Below are positions 25,109-33,828 of a DNA stretch of 64,000 nt, one piece after another. The notes below the pieces were generated by a model, which was given only the letters and a program-made list of their open reading frames with translations, was not told where the DNA came from and did no database searches. Position 1 is the first letter of the stretch. The number at the start of each line of letters is the position of its first letter. The stretch lies in NCBI GenBank assembly GCA_030038475.1, contig JASHOU010000185.1, positions 4,540-68,539 of the forward strand, in the 5' to 3' direction. The position numbers were made by a program, and so were the translations under genes. The DNA comes from Terriglobales bacterium. Lineage in GTDB: Bacteria > Acidobacteriota > Terriglobia > Terriglobales > Acidobacteriaceae.

Positions 25109-26524
25109 TTACCGCTCTCTCTCATTCTTCACCGCCTTCAAATCAATCCCCACTTGCTCAGCTTTCTTATAAAGATGAGAGCGCTCGAGGCCGAGTGAGC
25201 GCGCCGTGTTGGAGATTTGGTGGTGATTGCGTTTCAACTCCGTGAGGATGGTTTGCCTTTCGAAGGCGCGGACGCGGTCGGCCAGAGGACCGGCGGACAG
25301 CGATGCGGAGCCCGAGCCAGCGAAGGCAGAATCGGCACTCCCAAGGGCGATTGCGATCGAAGCGGGCAGTGCCTGGGAGACGACCTCCGCGGTCACTTCG
25401 TTCGATGTTGCCAGCAGCATCAGTCGCTCGACGGCATTTCGCAGTTCGCGGACGTTGCCCGGCCACGGATGCGCTTCGAGCGCAGCCATCGCGTCTGCGG
25501 TGAAGCGCATCGGCTTCCATCCGTTGGTGGCGCTCACTTGCGCGGCGAAGTGCTCGACCAGCGCGGGAATATCTTCGCGGCGTTCGCGCAGCGGCGGCAG
25601 GCGTAAAGGAAAAACGTAGATGCGATGAAATAAATCCTGGCGAAATTTGCCGTCGCGCACCTGAGCTTCCAAATCGCGGTGCGTGGCGACGACGACGCGC
25701 ACATCGACCGCGATGGCGCGCTCGCCGCCGATGCGCTCAATTTCGCCCTCTTCGAGTACGCGCAGCAGCTTGGCTTGCATGGCGAACGGCATGTCGCCAA
25801 TTTCGTCGAGAAAAATTGTGCCGTGCTGCGCCTGCTCGAATTTGCCGAGATGGCGCGCGGCGGCGCCGGTGAACGATCCTTTTTCGTGGCCGAATAGTTC
25901 GGATTCGATCAGCTCCGCCGGGACTGCGGCGCAGTTCAACGTGACGAACGGAGCGCCCGCCCGCGGACTGCGCTCGTGTAGAGTACGCGCTACCAGTTCT
26001 TTGCCTGTGCCGGTTTCGCCGAGAATGCAGACGCGAGTTTCGCTCGCGGCGACTCGCTCGACTTGCGCCATTACGCGGCGCGTGGTCTCACCTTTCCAGA
26101 CAATTTCATGTTTGCCGAGGCGGCGCGCCAGATCGCGGTTCTCGCGCTCCAAGCGGCCGAGTTTGAGCGCATTCTCCACGGTCAGAAGCAGCTTTTCGGT
26201 GGAGATCGGCTTTTCCAAAAAATCGAGTGCGCCGAGTCGCGTGGCGCGAACGGCCATTTCGATGTGCGCCTGGCCGGACATCATGACAACCGGAGTCGGC
26301 ACGGCCTGTGCTTTGAGCTCCTCAAGAAGCGCGAGGCCGTCTTTGCCGGGCATGACAACGTCGCTGAGGATCAGATCGAAGGATTGCGATTTGGCCAGCT
26401 CCAGAGCCTTGTTAGCGCTGTCGCAGACGGTGGCCTCATGGCCCTCGAGACGAAACGCCCGCGCGAGCGAGGCCAGGGTGTTGGCTTCGTCGTCGACGAT
26501 AAGTAAGTGCGCTTTTTGCGCCAC
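25109..26524 (-). CDS. Sigma-54-dependent response regulator (NtrC family: REC + AAA+ + Fis-type HTH)
   Basis: REC (LIVDDE...DLILSDVVMPG), Walker A GETGTGKE, GAFTGA-type loop EKGSFTGA, and the C-terminal HTH QISNTARSLGLERSHLYKK. Confidence 0.9.
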   Translation of the reverse strand: MAQKAHLLIVDDEANTLASLARAFRLEGHEATVCDSANKALELAKSQSFDLILSDVVMPGKDGLALLEELKAQAVPTPVVMMSGQAHIEMAVRATRLGALDFLEKPISTEKLLLTVENALKLGRLERENRDLARRLGKHEIVWKGETTRRVMAQVERVAASETRVCILGETGTGKELVARTLHERSPRAGAPFVTLNCAAVPAELIESELFGHEKGSFTGAAARHLGKFEQAQHGTIFLDEIGDMPFAMQAKLLRVLEEGEIERIGGERAIAVDVRVVVATHRDLEAQVRDGKFRQDLFHRIYVFPLRLPPLRERREDIPALVEHFAAQVSATNGWKPMRFTADAMAALEAHPWPGNVRELRNAVERLMLLATSNEVTAEVVSQALPASIAIALGSADSAFAGSGSASLSAGPLADRVRAFERQTILTELKRNHHQISNTARSLGLERSHLYKKAEQVGIDLKAVKNERER

Positions 26525-26558
26525 GATTTTCGACCTCGACTGAATTGCAAACCCAAAT

Positions 26559-28406
26559 CTACCGCAGAGACGCCGAGTATGCCCTAAAATCGCACGGCAA
26601 TTGAATGCGAAACGTGGTTCCTTTTTCTTTTACGCTTTCGACGGAGATTTTTCCGCCGTGGTCGCTCACGATCGATTGCACAATCGCGAGGCCAAGTCCG
26701 GTGCCATATTGTTTGGTCGTGTAATACGGAGTGAAAAGGCGTCCGCATTCGTCCTCGGTGAGGCCGGAACCGGTATCGGAGACGGAAAGCTCCACGCAAT
26801 CGGCGATTCGGCCGGTGCGAATGGTAAGTTCGCCGCCTTCGGGCATAGCATCGATTGCGTTGAGCACGAGATTTTCCAGCGCCCGATGCAGCAGATCGGA
26901 ATCGGCGGAAATCTCGGGCAAAGCATCGGCCAGTTCGGTGTGCAACGAAATTTTCTTGTCCTCTGGCCGGTTCGCTAACTGTCCGTGGAAGACGCGCGCT
27001 ACCGAACCAACAACATCGTTCAGTTGCGTCGGCCTTGGCTGCGGCTGCGGCATCTTGGAGAATTCGCTGAAACGGCCGACAATTGTTTTCAGATGGTTGA
27101 TCTCGGCGAGCAGCGTGGCCGTTCCCTCAGCGAAGACTTCGTCAAAGATCTCGGGAGATTTTTGCCGCGCGCGCATGAGATTTTCGACTGTGACCTGCAA
27201 AGGGAAAAGTGGATTTTTCAATTCGTGGGCCAATCGCCGCGCCAATTCGCGCCACGCAGCCACTCGTTCGGCCTGCAGCGTGCGTTCTTTCTGCTGCACG
27301 AGATCTTCGGTCATACGGTTGAACGACGCGGCCAGTTCGCCCAGTTCGTCGCCCGATTCCACATCAACTTTTGCGCCGAGATCGCCGGCAGCAACGCGGC
27401 GCGCGGCGTCAGCCAACGAGACGACCGGGCGCGTGACGCGGGCGGCGAACCACAAGCTGGCCACCACCGCTGCCAGAATTCCGACGCCACCGACCAGCAA
27501 TGCAGTCGAGACGATCTGCCTCTGCAATTCGATCAGCGGACGCCGTGAGCTGCCAACGAGTAAAACCGCCATCAGTGGTTGCTTTGCGTCATCTGCACTT
27601 GTCGCGGCGGAAAGCGCTGCGATCAGTGGGATGGCGTGAAACACTTCGGCATCGGCAGGGTCGGAGGTCCAATGAATTACAGCTTGAAATTCGCGGTGCG
27701 TGTCGCGCACCTTTTCGACCAGCGGCGCGATCTGGTCGACGCCCGCGGCCGGCCCGTTCAAGTCAAGCAGCGTCCTTGGATTCCACTTTGTGTCGAGGTT
27801 CTGATACAACAGCACGCGTGTGCCCGTGGGAATGTCGAGCGTGGAAAGAAAACGCTGATCGAGGCGCTGGCCGCCAATCACGTAGAGCGGCTTTTCTGCC
27901 ACGCGGGTGGCACGCACGGCAAAAAGGCCTAGGGACGGGCCATCCGGCAGCTCCTCGTGTTTGAGAAAGGCTTCGGGCGGGGCAGAAATGTCCGAGCCCG
28001 CGCTTGCGGAAACGGCCGATTCGGGATATCCGAATTTTGCCTGCCACTGAGCCGAAGAAAGAATTGTGCCGCGATCATCGACGAGTTCCAGAAAATCGAG
28101 CTGTTGTTGAGCCGCGAGGCTAAGAGCCGCGCCGACGTACTCGCCGGAGCCGGTGCCGTCGCGGTTCATCTCGAGCGCGATGTGTTGCACGGTTTCGCTC
28201 GCGGCGACGGATTCAACTTTGCGCTCGACCTCCGCTGCCCGGCGCTCGAACTCCGCTCGAAACTGTGCCGCAACCGCATAGGCGCGCTCCCGATCTGCCT
28301 GCTCGAATGAGCCGCGGATGCTGCTGTATACCGATGCCGAAATGACGACGACGCAGATCAGTACGGTCGACGCAAACAGCAGCAGAAGTTTTTTGCGGAA
28401 GCTCAT
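26559..28406 (-). CDS. Sensor histidine kinase (2 TM, ~270-aa periplasmic domain, HAMP, HisKA, HATPase_c)
   Basis: TM1 LLLLFASTVLICVVVISASVY, TM2 ALLVGGVGILAAVVASLWFA, HAMP, H-box LAHELKNPL, N/G boxes LNAIDAM...DTGSGL...GTGLGLAIV. The start overlaps the upstream stop (ATGA). Confidence 0.9.
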   Translation of the reverse strand: MSFRKKLLLLFASTVLICVVVISASVYSSIRGSFEQADRERAYAVAAQFRAEFERRAAEVERKVESVAASETVQHIALEMNRDGTGSGEYVGAALSLAAQQQLDFLELVDDRGTILSSAQWQAKFGYPESAVSASAGSDISAPPEAFLKHEELPDGPSLGLFAVRATRVAEKPLYVIGGQRLDQRFLSTLDIPTGTRVLLYQNLDTKWNPRTLLDLNGPAAGVDQIAPLVEKVRDTHREFQAVIHWTSDPADAEVFHAIPLIAALSAATSADDAKQPLMAVLLVGSSRRPLIELQRQIVSTALLVGGVGILAAVVASLWFAARVTRPVVSLADAARRVAAGDLGAKVDVESGDELGELAASFNRMTEDLVQQKERTLQAERVAAWRELARRLAHELKNPLFPLQVTVENLMRARQKSPEIFDEVFAEGTATLLAEINHLKTIVGRFSEFSKMPQPQPRPTQLNDVVGSVARVFHGQLANRPEDKKISLHTELADALPEISADSDLLHRALENLVLNAIDAMPEGGELTIRTGRIADCVELSVSDTGSGLTEDECGRLFTPYYTTKQYGTGLGLAIVQSIVSDHGGKISVESVKEKGTTFRIQLPCDFRAYSASLR

Positions 28407-29920
28407 CGCGAGCCCGCCTCGGGCCCTGCATTATTGGATGGCAATTCGGATCGTCCCTGATCTGGCCGTCGATCAGCCAGCCAAAAATCTGCCAGAGGAA
28501 GCCCGGCCTCGTTCCATTCGCCTGCATTCACATTCCACTCGCGCACGCGCGGACCTGCCGTGTCCGCGACGGGCAAATGAAAGAGTGGAATAACGGTATT
28601 CGTAGCGAGCAAACTGCGTTCCGCCCGATAAAGAGCATCGATAGAGTCGGCGCCTGGCGCAGGCTGCGGCAATCCGAGCTGCCGCGCAGCCTGGGCGATC
28701 GACGTTTCAGGATCGGAACTGGGTAGCGCGATCCGCACCAGGCGGATATCTTCCGCTCCGGCCAGCGATACTCGCAGCGTGATGCCAACTTCGCGCGCGT
28801 TGAGTGCGATGCGTTCGGCAATCAGTTGGGCTTGCGGATCGCGCGGGTCGTAACTCAGATTCAAGGCGGCGCTCAGATCGAGCGTTGAGCCGGGATTGAG
28901 CGGGGGCTGCCGTGAATCGGCCAGCAGACTGCGCGCGCGTTGCGGATCTGGCTGCTTGGGAAAAAGCGCGGCATAGCCGGTCATCCAGTTGGGCAAGATG
29001 CTGGCTGCGAGTTCTCCCGCGCCTTTCAATAATACCGACTGGATGGGCTTGCGATCGATAGCGAGCGCAAGGGCCTCACGCAGGCGAGGGTCTTGCGCTT
29101 TTGAACTCTGAGGGAAAACCAGCGCCAAAAGTTCGATGGGCAGCGACGCGAATGTCTCAGCGCGCCGGTCGGAGCCAGCGCCGGTGGCTGTCTGCGGCGC
29201 GGTTTCGATCACGTCGGCTTTGTCGAGTTCGAGAGCGACGGCCTGGTCGCGCAGCGATTTGCCGAATTCAATGGCGATCGCATCCAGAAAAGGACGACCC
29301 GCCCAGCTCTCTTCGTTGGCGGCAAGGCGAAGCAGTTTGCCGGGCTGCCATTCGGCGACAAGAAATGGCCCGGTACCGATAGGCTTACCGCTGTCATTTT
29401 TATCGCGCTTGAGCAGAAGATTACGCGGCAGCGCGAGTTCGGCGAGCAGCGAAGACATGGATTTTTCGCTGTCCTTGCCGTCCTCTTTGTTGCACTCAAT
29501 GATCACCGAATCGGCCGATGCGCGAACATTCCAGCCGGGATGAATCGCCGCCAGAATCTGTTCGATGGCAGCGGGCGATGCCGCACTGCCATCGTGGAAC
29601 TTTACGCCGCGGCGCAGTGTGAATTGGCATTGCCGCGTGATCGGGTCGCTCTGCCAGGCCACGGCCAGCGCCGGATGCGGCTTGGCTTGCGCGTCGAGCG
29701 TAACGAGCGTATCGCCGACGAGCGAGAGCGTACGGGCTATATCCCAGTAGTCGCCGGGCGCAGCGTTCTCGGGAAGTTCGAGAGTGGCCGGAGACGATTG
29801 CATCATTACGCGCAACGTGCCGCCGTAGTGCGGGCGCGTGGCGGCAGATGCGGGCGTTGCGGTCATCACGCACGCCAGCGAACTAATTGCCGCAAGAAAC
29901 CGATATGCGAAACGCCTCAT
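28403..29920 (-). CDS. Family-5 (peptide/nickel-type) solute-binding protein with no linked ABC permease or ATPase genes
   Basis: Signal peptide MRRFAYRFLAAISSLACVMTATPASAA, then RPHYGGTLRV...RRGVKFHDGS..., typical of SBP_bac_5. The start is taken at the ATG giving the signal peptide. It overlaps the upstream gene by 38 nt. Confidence 0.8.
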   Translation of the reverse strand: MRRFAYRFLAAISSLACVMTATPASAATRPHYGGTLRVMMQSSPATLELPENAAPGDYWDIARTLSLVGDTLVTLDAQAKPHPALAVAWQSDPITRQCQFTLRRGVKFHDGSAASPAAIEQILAAIHPGWNVRASADSVIIECNKEDGKDSEKSMSSLLAELALPRNLLLKRDKNDSGKPIGTGPFLVAEWQPGKLLRLAANEESWAGRPFLDAIAIEFGKSLRDQAVALELDKADVIETAPQTATGAGSDRRAETFASLPIELLALVFPQSSKAQDPRLREALALAIDRKPIQSVLLKGAGELAASILPNWMTGYAALFPKQPDPQRARSLLADSRQPPLNPGSTLDLSAALNLSYDPRDPQAQLIAERIALNAREVGITLRVSLAGAEDIRLVRIALPSSDPETSIAQAARQLGLPQPAPGADSIDALYRAERSLLATNTVIPLFHLPVADTAGPRVREWNVNAGEWNEAGLPLADFWLADRRPDQGRSELPSNNAGPEAGSR

Positions 29921-31220
29921 ACCATCCTGTATCTTTCCGCCTGACAATTGCGATTGCAGCATCGCCGCCGCTTTCCGGCCACAGCGCAGTGATTCGGCCA
30001 TCGAACTCCGCGGCTGAACTGGCCGGCACGGGATCGCGATCGAGAATCTCGAAGGCGCGGAGACCATCGCGCCCGGCGTCGCCGTTCTGCGAATCGCGAT
30101 TTTCCGAATCATCATCCTCCGAAATCAGCAACTGCGTGCCAGAACCGCAACTGGAGTGAAGCGCCGCCAGTTCACTTCCCGGTCTTGAGCTGCGGATCAA
30201 CTGGTCCGTCATACCATCCACCAGATGCAGCGATCCATCGACGCCCGCGAAGGCCCACAGCGCATAGTTCGACCGTGGAAGCGCGGCCGCCGAGTAGAAC
30301 GATGGAACGTTGGAAATTTTTCCAATGCCGGGCGAGAGAACTCCGGTGAAGAAGTTGCGCGACGCGGCATAAAAGGCGCGCACGGAATTGTCGTCCGCGG
30401 TCAGCGGCCACGGGTCGTCGCTATCGGCGCAGGCCAGTGCGAGCGGCGAGTTGGTGGTCGAGCGGCAGACGGTTCCGGGAAGGTAAAGGTCGAAAAGACG
30501 ATCGCGGCGAATCAGCAAACGTCCGCGCAGATCGCGGGGGAAGATGCGCGAGTGAACGATGGGCAGGGAGGCTTCCAGTTCCCAGCGTGCGGCTGGATTT
30601 GCAGCCTGATGACGATAGATGACGACCGCAGCTGGTTCGAGGACGAGCAGGCGCGGGCTTCCTGACATATCACCCCGGGACATATCGATGAGCGCGGCGT
30701 CGAGCATGGGCTGCTCCTGCGCCAACAACAGCATTGTCTTTAGAACGAGTGGCGGTGTGGCCGCGAAGGATGTTTCTGCTGGCGGCCTCGGTAACGAGAC
30801 CAGCGCAACTTTCTGCTCGTCGGACCCTACGGTTATCACGGCCGTCCAGACGTATTCGCGCAGGCTTTCGGAAAGAACGACTGCGATGGTTCCCGCCGAC
30901 TGGTCGGCTTTCGCGGCGTGCACGCCTTCGATCTGCAACTCGTCTACGAGCGCGGTGCGCACTTCGCGTACGGATTGTTCGTCGAGCGACGAGCGGTTGG
31001 TGATTTCAAGAACGAACGTTCCGGAACCCGAAGCGGCGGCGATTTTGTTCGCCAGTTGGCGCGCCGTATCTGACAGCGGCGAAGCGCATAAAAAAGATGG
31101 AGAATGCAAGACCGCAAGCAAGAGCAAAGTCAGCCAAGCCAGCCGCAGACTGCTCGATGTTCGCGCTCGCATGTGTGGAATGGGCTGATTATAGCGCGTG
31201 GTTGATGGGGATTTGCTCAT
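29883..31220 (-). CDS. Hypothetical secreted protein, first gene of the SBP-HK-NtrC operon
   Basis: Signal-like LRLAWLTLLLLAVLHSPSFLCASP. I recognise no domain, though the C-terminal half has a beta-propeller-like feel (WAFAGVDGSLHLVDG). An alternative start is M17 at 31172. Confidence 0.6.
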   Translation of the reverse strand: MSKSPSTTRYNQPIPHMRARTSSSLRLAWLTLLLLAVLHSPSFLCASPLSDTARQLANKIAAASGSGTFVLEITNRSSLDEQSVREVRTALVDELQIEGVHAAKADQSAGTIAVVLSESLREYVWTAVITVGSDEQKVALVSLPRPPAETSFAATPPLVLKTMLLLAQEQPMLDAALIDMSRGDMSGSPRLLVLEPAAVVIYRHQAANPAARWELEASLPIVHSRIFPRDLRGRLLIRRDRLFDLYLPGTVCRSTTNSPLALACADSDDPWPLTADDNSVRAFYAASRNFFTGVLSPGIGKISNVPSFYSAAALPRSNYALWAFAGVDGSLHLVDGMTDQLIRSSRPGSELAALHSSCGSGTQLLISEDDDSENRDSQNGDAGRDGLRAFEILDRDPVPASSAAEFDGRITALWPESGGDAAIAIVRRKDTGWYEAFRISVSCGN

Positions 31221-31222
31221 AG

Positions 31223-31301
31223 GTCAGTTCTCAGTTCTCAGTTCCCAGTGAAACCGCCGTTCAGATTTTTCTGGGAACTGGGAACCGCGAACTGAGAACT
31301 C
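31223..31301. repeat. Heptamer-array hairpin (GTTCTCA / TGAGAAC) between the SPFH gene stop and the next gene's start
   Basis: Reverse complement of 31223-31248 = CTGGGAACTGAGAACTGAGAACTGAC. Right arm 31271-31301 = CTGGGAACTGGGAACCGCGAACTGAGAACTC. The loop is 22 nt. Confidence 0.8.
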
Positions 31302-31310
31302 ACCCCGAAG

Positions 31311-32639
31311 CTATTGCTGCGGCTTTCCATCCTCTACATCGTCCGACTGGCTTACGTGATTTGTGGCGCCGATGCCGCGCAGTACGTCATTGGTGAAGAA
31401 AAATTTGCCATCGGCCGGGACCATCATGATCTGCAATTTATCGGAAAGGCGCTCGGCGACGATCTTGTTGATGAGCAGCGGATTCTGCTTCAGGATCGCG
31501 CTTTCGCTGGTCATGCGCTCGGCGTCGGCAGCGGCGGTCAGACGGATGCGCTCAGCTTCGGCCTGGGCCAGCAGTTTGCGGCGCTCCATCTCGGCTTTGC
31601 TGTCGATGAGTTTGGCTTCGCCGGCGGCCTCGGCGTTCTTGACGGTCGCTTCTTTGCGCGCCTCGGCTTCGAGCTTCGATTGCTCAATCTGCTTCTGCTT
31701 CAGCGGCAGCGTGTATTGCATGGCATCGGACTCGCTTTTGGCCTGCAGCACGCGAACGGCGGCTTGCCCTTCAGCTTGTTTTACCTGTTGAACTTTGTTT
31801 GCCTCGGCGTCGGCTTCGGCGATTTTCACCTGCTTCTGGTGAAGCTCGGTTTCGACTCCCATGCGGTCGTTTTCCTGTTCTTTGAGGAGCAGAGATTCGA
31901 GACCTTTAGCATATTCCTCGGGAAGTTCGATGTCGCGCAGCATGACTTCTTTCACCACGATGCCGTCGGCGGCGAGGCGTTGGCGAATGATGTCCGCGGA
32001 GCGCTGGCGAATCTCTTCGCGCCTGGCGGAAAAGACTTCGCGCACAGTGTAGTTCGGCACCAGTTCACGCCAGGCCGTGGCTACGACGGGCGGGACAATT
32101 TCCTTTTCCAGCGGCTGCGGCAGATTGGCTTGAATGTAGTCGAGACGCTTGGGATCGATTTGATAACGAACCGTGATCGCAAGGCCGAGTGTCAAGCCTT
32201 CTTTAGCTTGCACGTTCAACGGTTCGCCTTTCGCTGCGCCTTTTGCGGGTCCATCTTCGCCGAGGCCGGTGGTGAAGAGCTGGTCGCGGGTGTTGAACAG
32301 CTCGACCCGCTCAACCATCGGCGCAACGAAGTGCACGCCCGGATATAAGATTCCGGGCAACGTGCCTCTGGTCTGACTGACGCGCACGCCGGCCATTCCA
32401 CTGGGCACGATTACGATGCCGGCGGAAACGAGCAGCGGAGCCCAGGCCAGCATCGCGAAGGCAACGGACGTTCGCCAGCGCATGGCCGGCGCTTGGCCAG
32501 GCGCGCCGGCTTCGGGGTCGGGATGCAGACGCTTACGCTGCCAGGCGATTAAGAGGTAAGAGTCATAGCCAAGAATTGCGGCGGCGACCACGAACATCGC
32601 AATCCCCGCACTCAACAACAGATCCTTCAGCAAAAGCAT
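31311..32639 (-). CDS. SPFH/band-7 (prohibitin/flotillin-like) membrane protein with long C-terminal coiled coil
   Basis: N-terminal TM LLSAGIAMFVVAAAILGY. SPFH core is GVRVSQTRG...GVHFVAPMVERVELF...REVFSARREEI. The C-terminus is EA(K/R)-rich coiled coil. AGGAA precedes the ATG at 32639. Confidence 0.85.
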   Translation of the reverse strand: MLLLKDLLLSAGIAMFVVAAAILGYDSYLLIAWQRKRLHPDPEAGAPGQAPAMRWRTSVAFAMLAWAPLLVSAGIVIVPSGMAGVRVSQTRGTLPGILYPGVHFVAPMVERVELFNTRDQLFTTGLGEDGPAKGAAKGEPLNVQAKEGLTLGLAITVRYQIDPKRLDYIQANLPQPLEKEIVPPVVATAWRELVPNYTVREVFSARREEIRQRSADIIRQRLAADGIVVKEVMLRDIELPEEYAKGLESLLLKEQENDRMGVETELHQKQVKIAEADAEANKVQQVKQAEGQAAVRVLQAKSESDAMQYTLPLKQKQIEQSKLEAEARKEATVKNAEAAGEAKLIDSKAEMERRKLLAQAEAERIRLTAAADAERMTSESAILKQNPLLINKIVAERLSDKLQIMMVPADGKFFFTNDVLRGIGATNHVSQSDDVEDGKPQQ

Positions 32640-32652
32640 GGTGGTGTTCCTT

Positions 32653-32826
32653 TCAATTCTCAATTCCGGTGAGCATTTCGAGACGATTGTTGAGGGGTTT
32701 CCGCGCGCGGCGGGCGAAGGCCACGCGAACGATTTGTCCAAAGATGAGTTCTTCAATCAGAAGCGAAGCAGCCAGCGAAAATGTCAGGCCGCCGATGATG
32801 ACCAGAGCTTGCAGCATGGTTTCCAT
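32653..32826 (-). CDS. Small (57 aa) single-TM ORF just upstream of the SPFH gene (below the ORF-track size cutoff)
   Basis: My translation: METMLQALVIIGGLTFSLAASLLIEELIFGQIVRVAFARRARKPLNNRLEMLTGIEN*. GGAGG lies 7 nt upstream of the ATG. The stop is 13 nt before the SPFH ATG. Confidence 0.45.
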   Translation of the reverse strand: METMLQALVIIGGLTFSLAASLLIEELIFGQIVRVAFARRARKPLNNRLEMLTGIEN

Positions 32827-33069
32827 GTTTCAGCCTCCGCGCTTGCAGAGAGTAAAGGCACGTCGGGAGCCATAGGCAATGGATTGAAAGCAATGGAGTT
32901 CAGATCGCGAAGTTGCCGGTTTGTGTATCTAGAGAAACGCGGGCGTGGATTCTGTGACACGCCGCTCCGCGGGCTTTTCGGCGCAGTATGAAGCGCTCGA
33001 CATATAGCGGCCCACGGCTGACAACCAAGGTTGGTTTGAAACTTAGCTTCCGCTTACGCATCCCATTTT

Positions 33070-33828
33070 GTGGTAAGGTCTGCTCGATCGGACAGAATCT
33101 TCATGGTCACGCGACTCGATGACAAGGGATTGAAACGGCAGAGCCGCCGCCAACTGCTCAAACTGGCGCCGGTCGCCGCATTGGGCGTGTTTGCGGCGCC
33201 GGGGTTGAACGACCGTCTGGTGATGGCCGGAGTTCATTTCAGCGATTGGGCGGCTGGCGTTCTGTTTCGCAAGCAGCATCTTGCGCAGACTTTTCCGGAT
33301 TCCGAAGTCGTGCCGTTCGCGAAATTTCCCTACAACTATTACGACGTGGTCGACCCCGGAGTCGATCTCGAAAACTGGACGCTGACGGTGGAGGGCGACG
33401 TTCAGCGGCCGGGCGAATACACGCTGGCGCAGATCCAGGCACTGCCGAAGATCCGCCAGAACACGCGCCACGTTTGCGTGGAGGGCTGGGATGTGATCGG
33501 CTCTTTCGGCGGGGTGCGCATCTCCGACTTCCTAAAGTTGATTGGGGCGAACACGAGCGCGCGTTTTCTCGAGGTCACCTGCGTTGACGATTATTACGAA
33601 GTACTGGACATGGAATCGGTGCTGCATCCACAATCGCTGCTCTGCTACGAGATGTATGATCGGCCGCTCGATCGCGGGCATGGCGCGCCGTTGCGCCTGC
33701 AAATGCCGACCAAGCTCGGATACAAGCAGGCCAAATATCTCGATACCTTCCGCGTGGCCAACGTTCTGACGCCCGGCAAAACCGGCTACTGGGAGGACCA
33801 GGGCTATAGCTGGTTCGGAGGTCTGTGA
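33070..33828 (+). CDS. Molybdopterin-dependent oxidoreductase (sulfite-oxidase/MsrP-like catalytic subunit) with Tat-type signal
   Basis: Twin-arginine region SRRQLLKLAPVAALGVFAAPG. Moco-binding core is HVCVEGWDVIGSFGGVRISDFL...GAPLRLQMPTKLGYKQAKYL. Confidence 0.85.
   Translation: MVRSARSDRIFMVTRLDDKGLKRQSRRQLLKLAPVAALGVFAAPGLNDRLVMAGVHFSDWAAGVLFRKQHLAQTFPDSEVVPFAKFPYNYYDVVDPGVDLENWTLTVEGDVQRPGEYTLAQIQALPKIRQNTRHVCVEGWDVIGSFGGVRISDFLKLIGANTSARFLEVTCVDDYYEVLDMESVLHPQSLLCYEMYDRPLDRGHGAPLRLQMPTKLGYKQAKYLDTFRVANVLTPGKTGYWEDQGYSWFGGL

Noticed and set aside
32857-32870. AGGCACGTCGGGAGCC as a sigma-54 promoter for the Moco oxidoreductase operon
   Set aside because: GG and GC are in the correct register, but the -12 region (GAGC) is poor and the element lies about 200 nt from the start codon. 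I mention it only as a weak candidate under the sensory-operon finding and do not list it as a feature.
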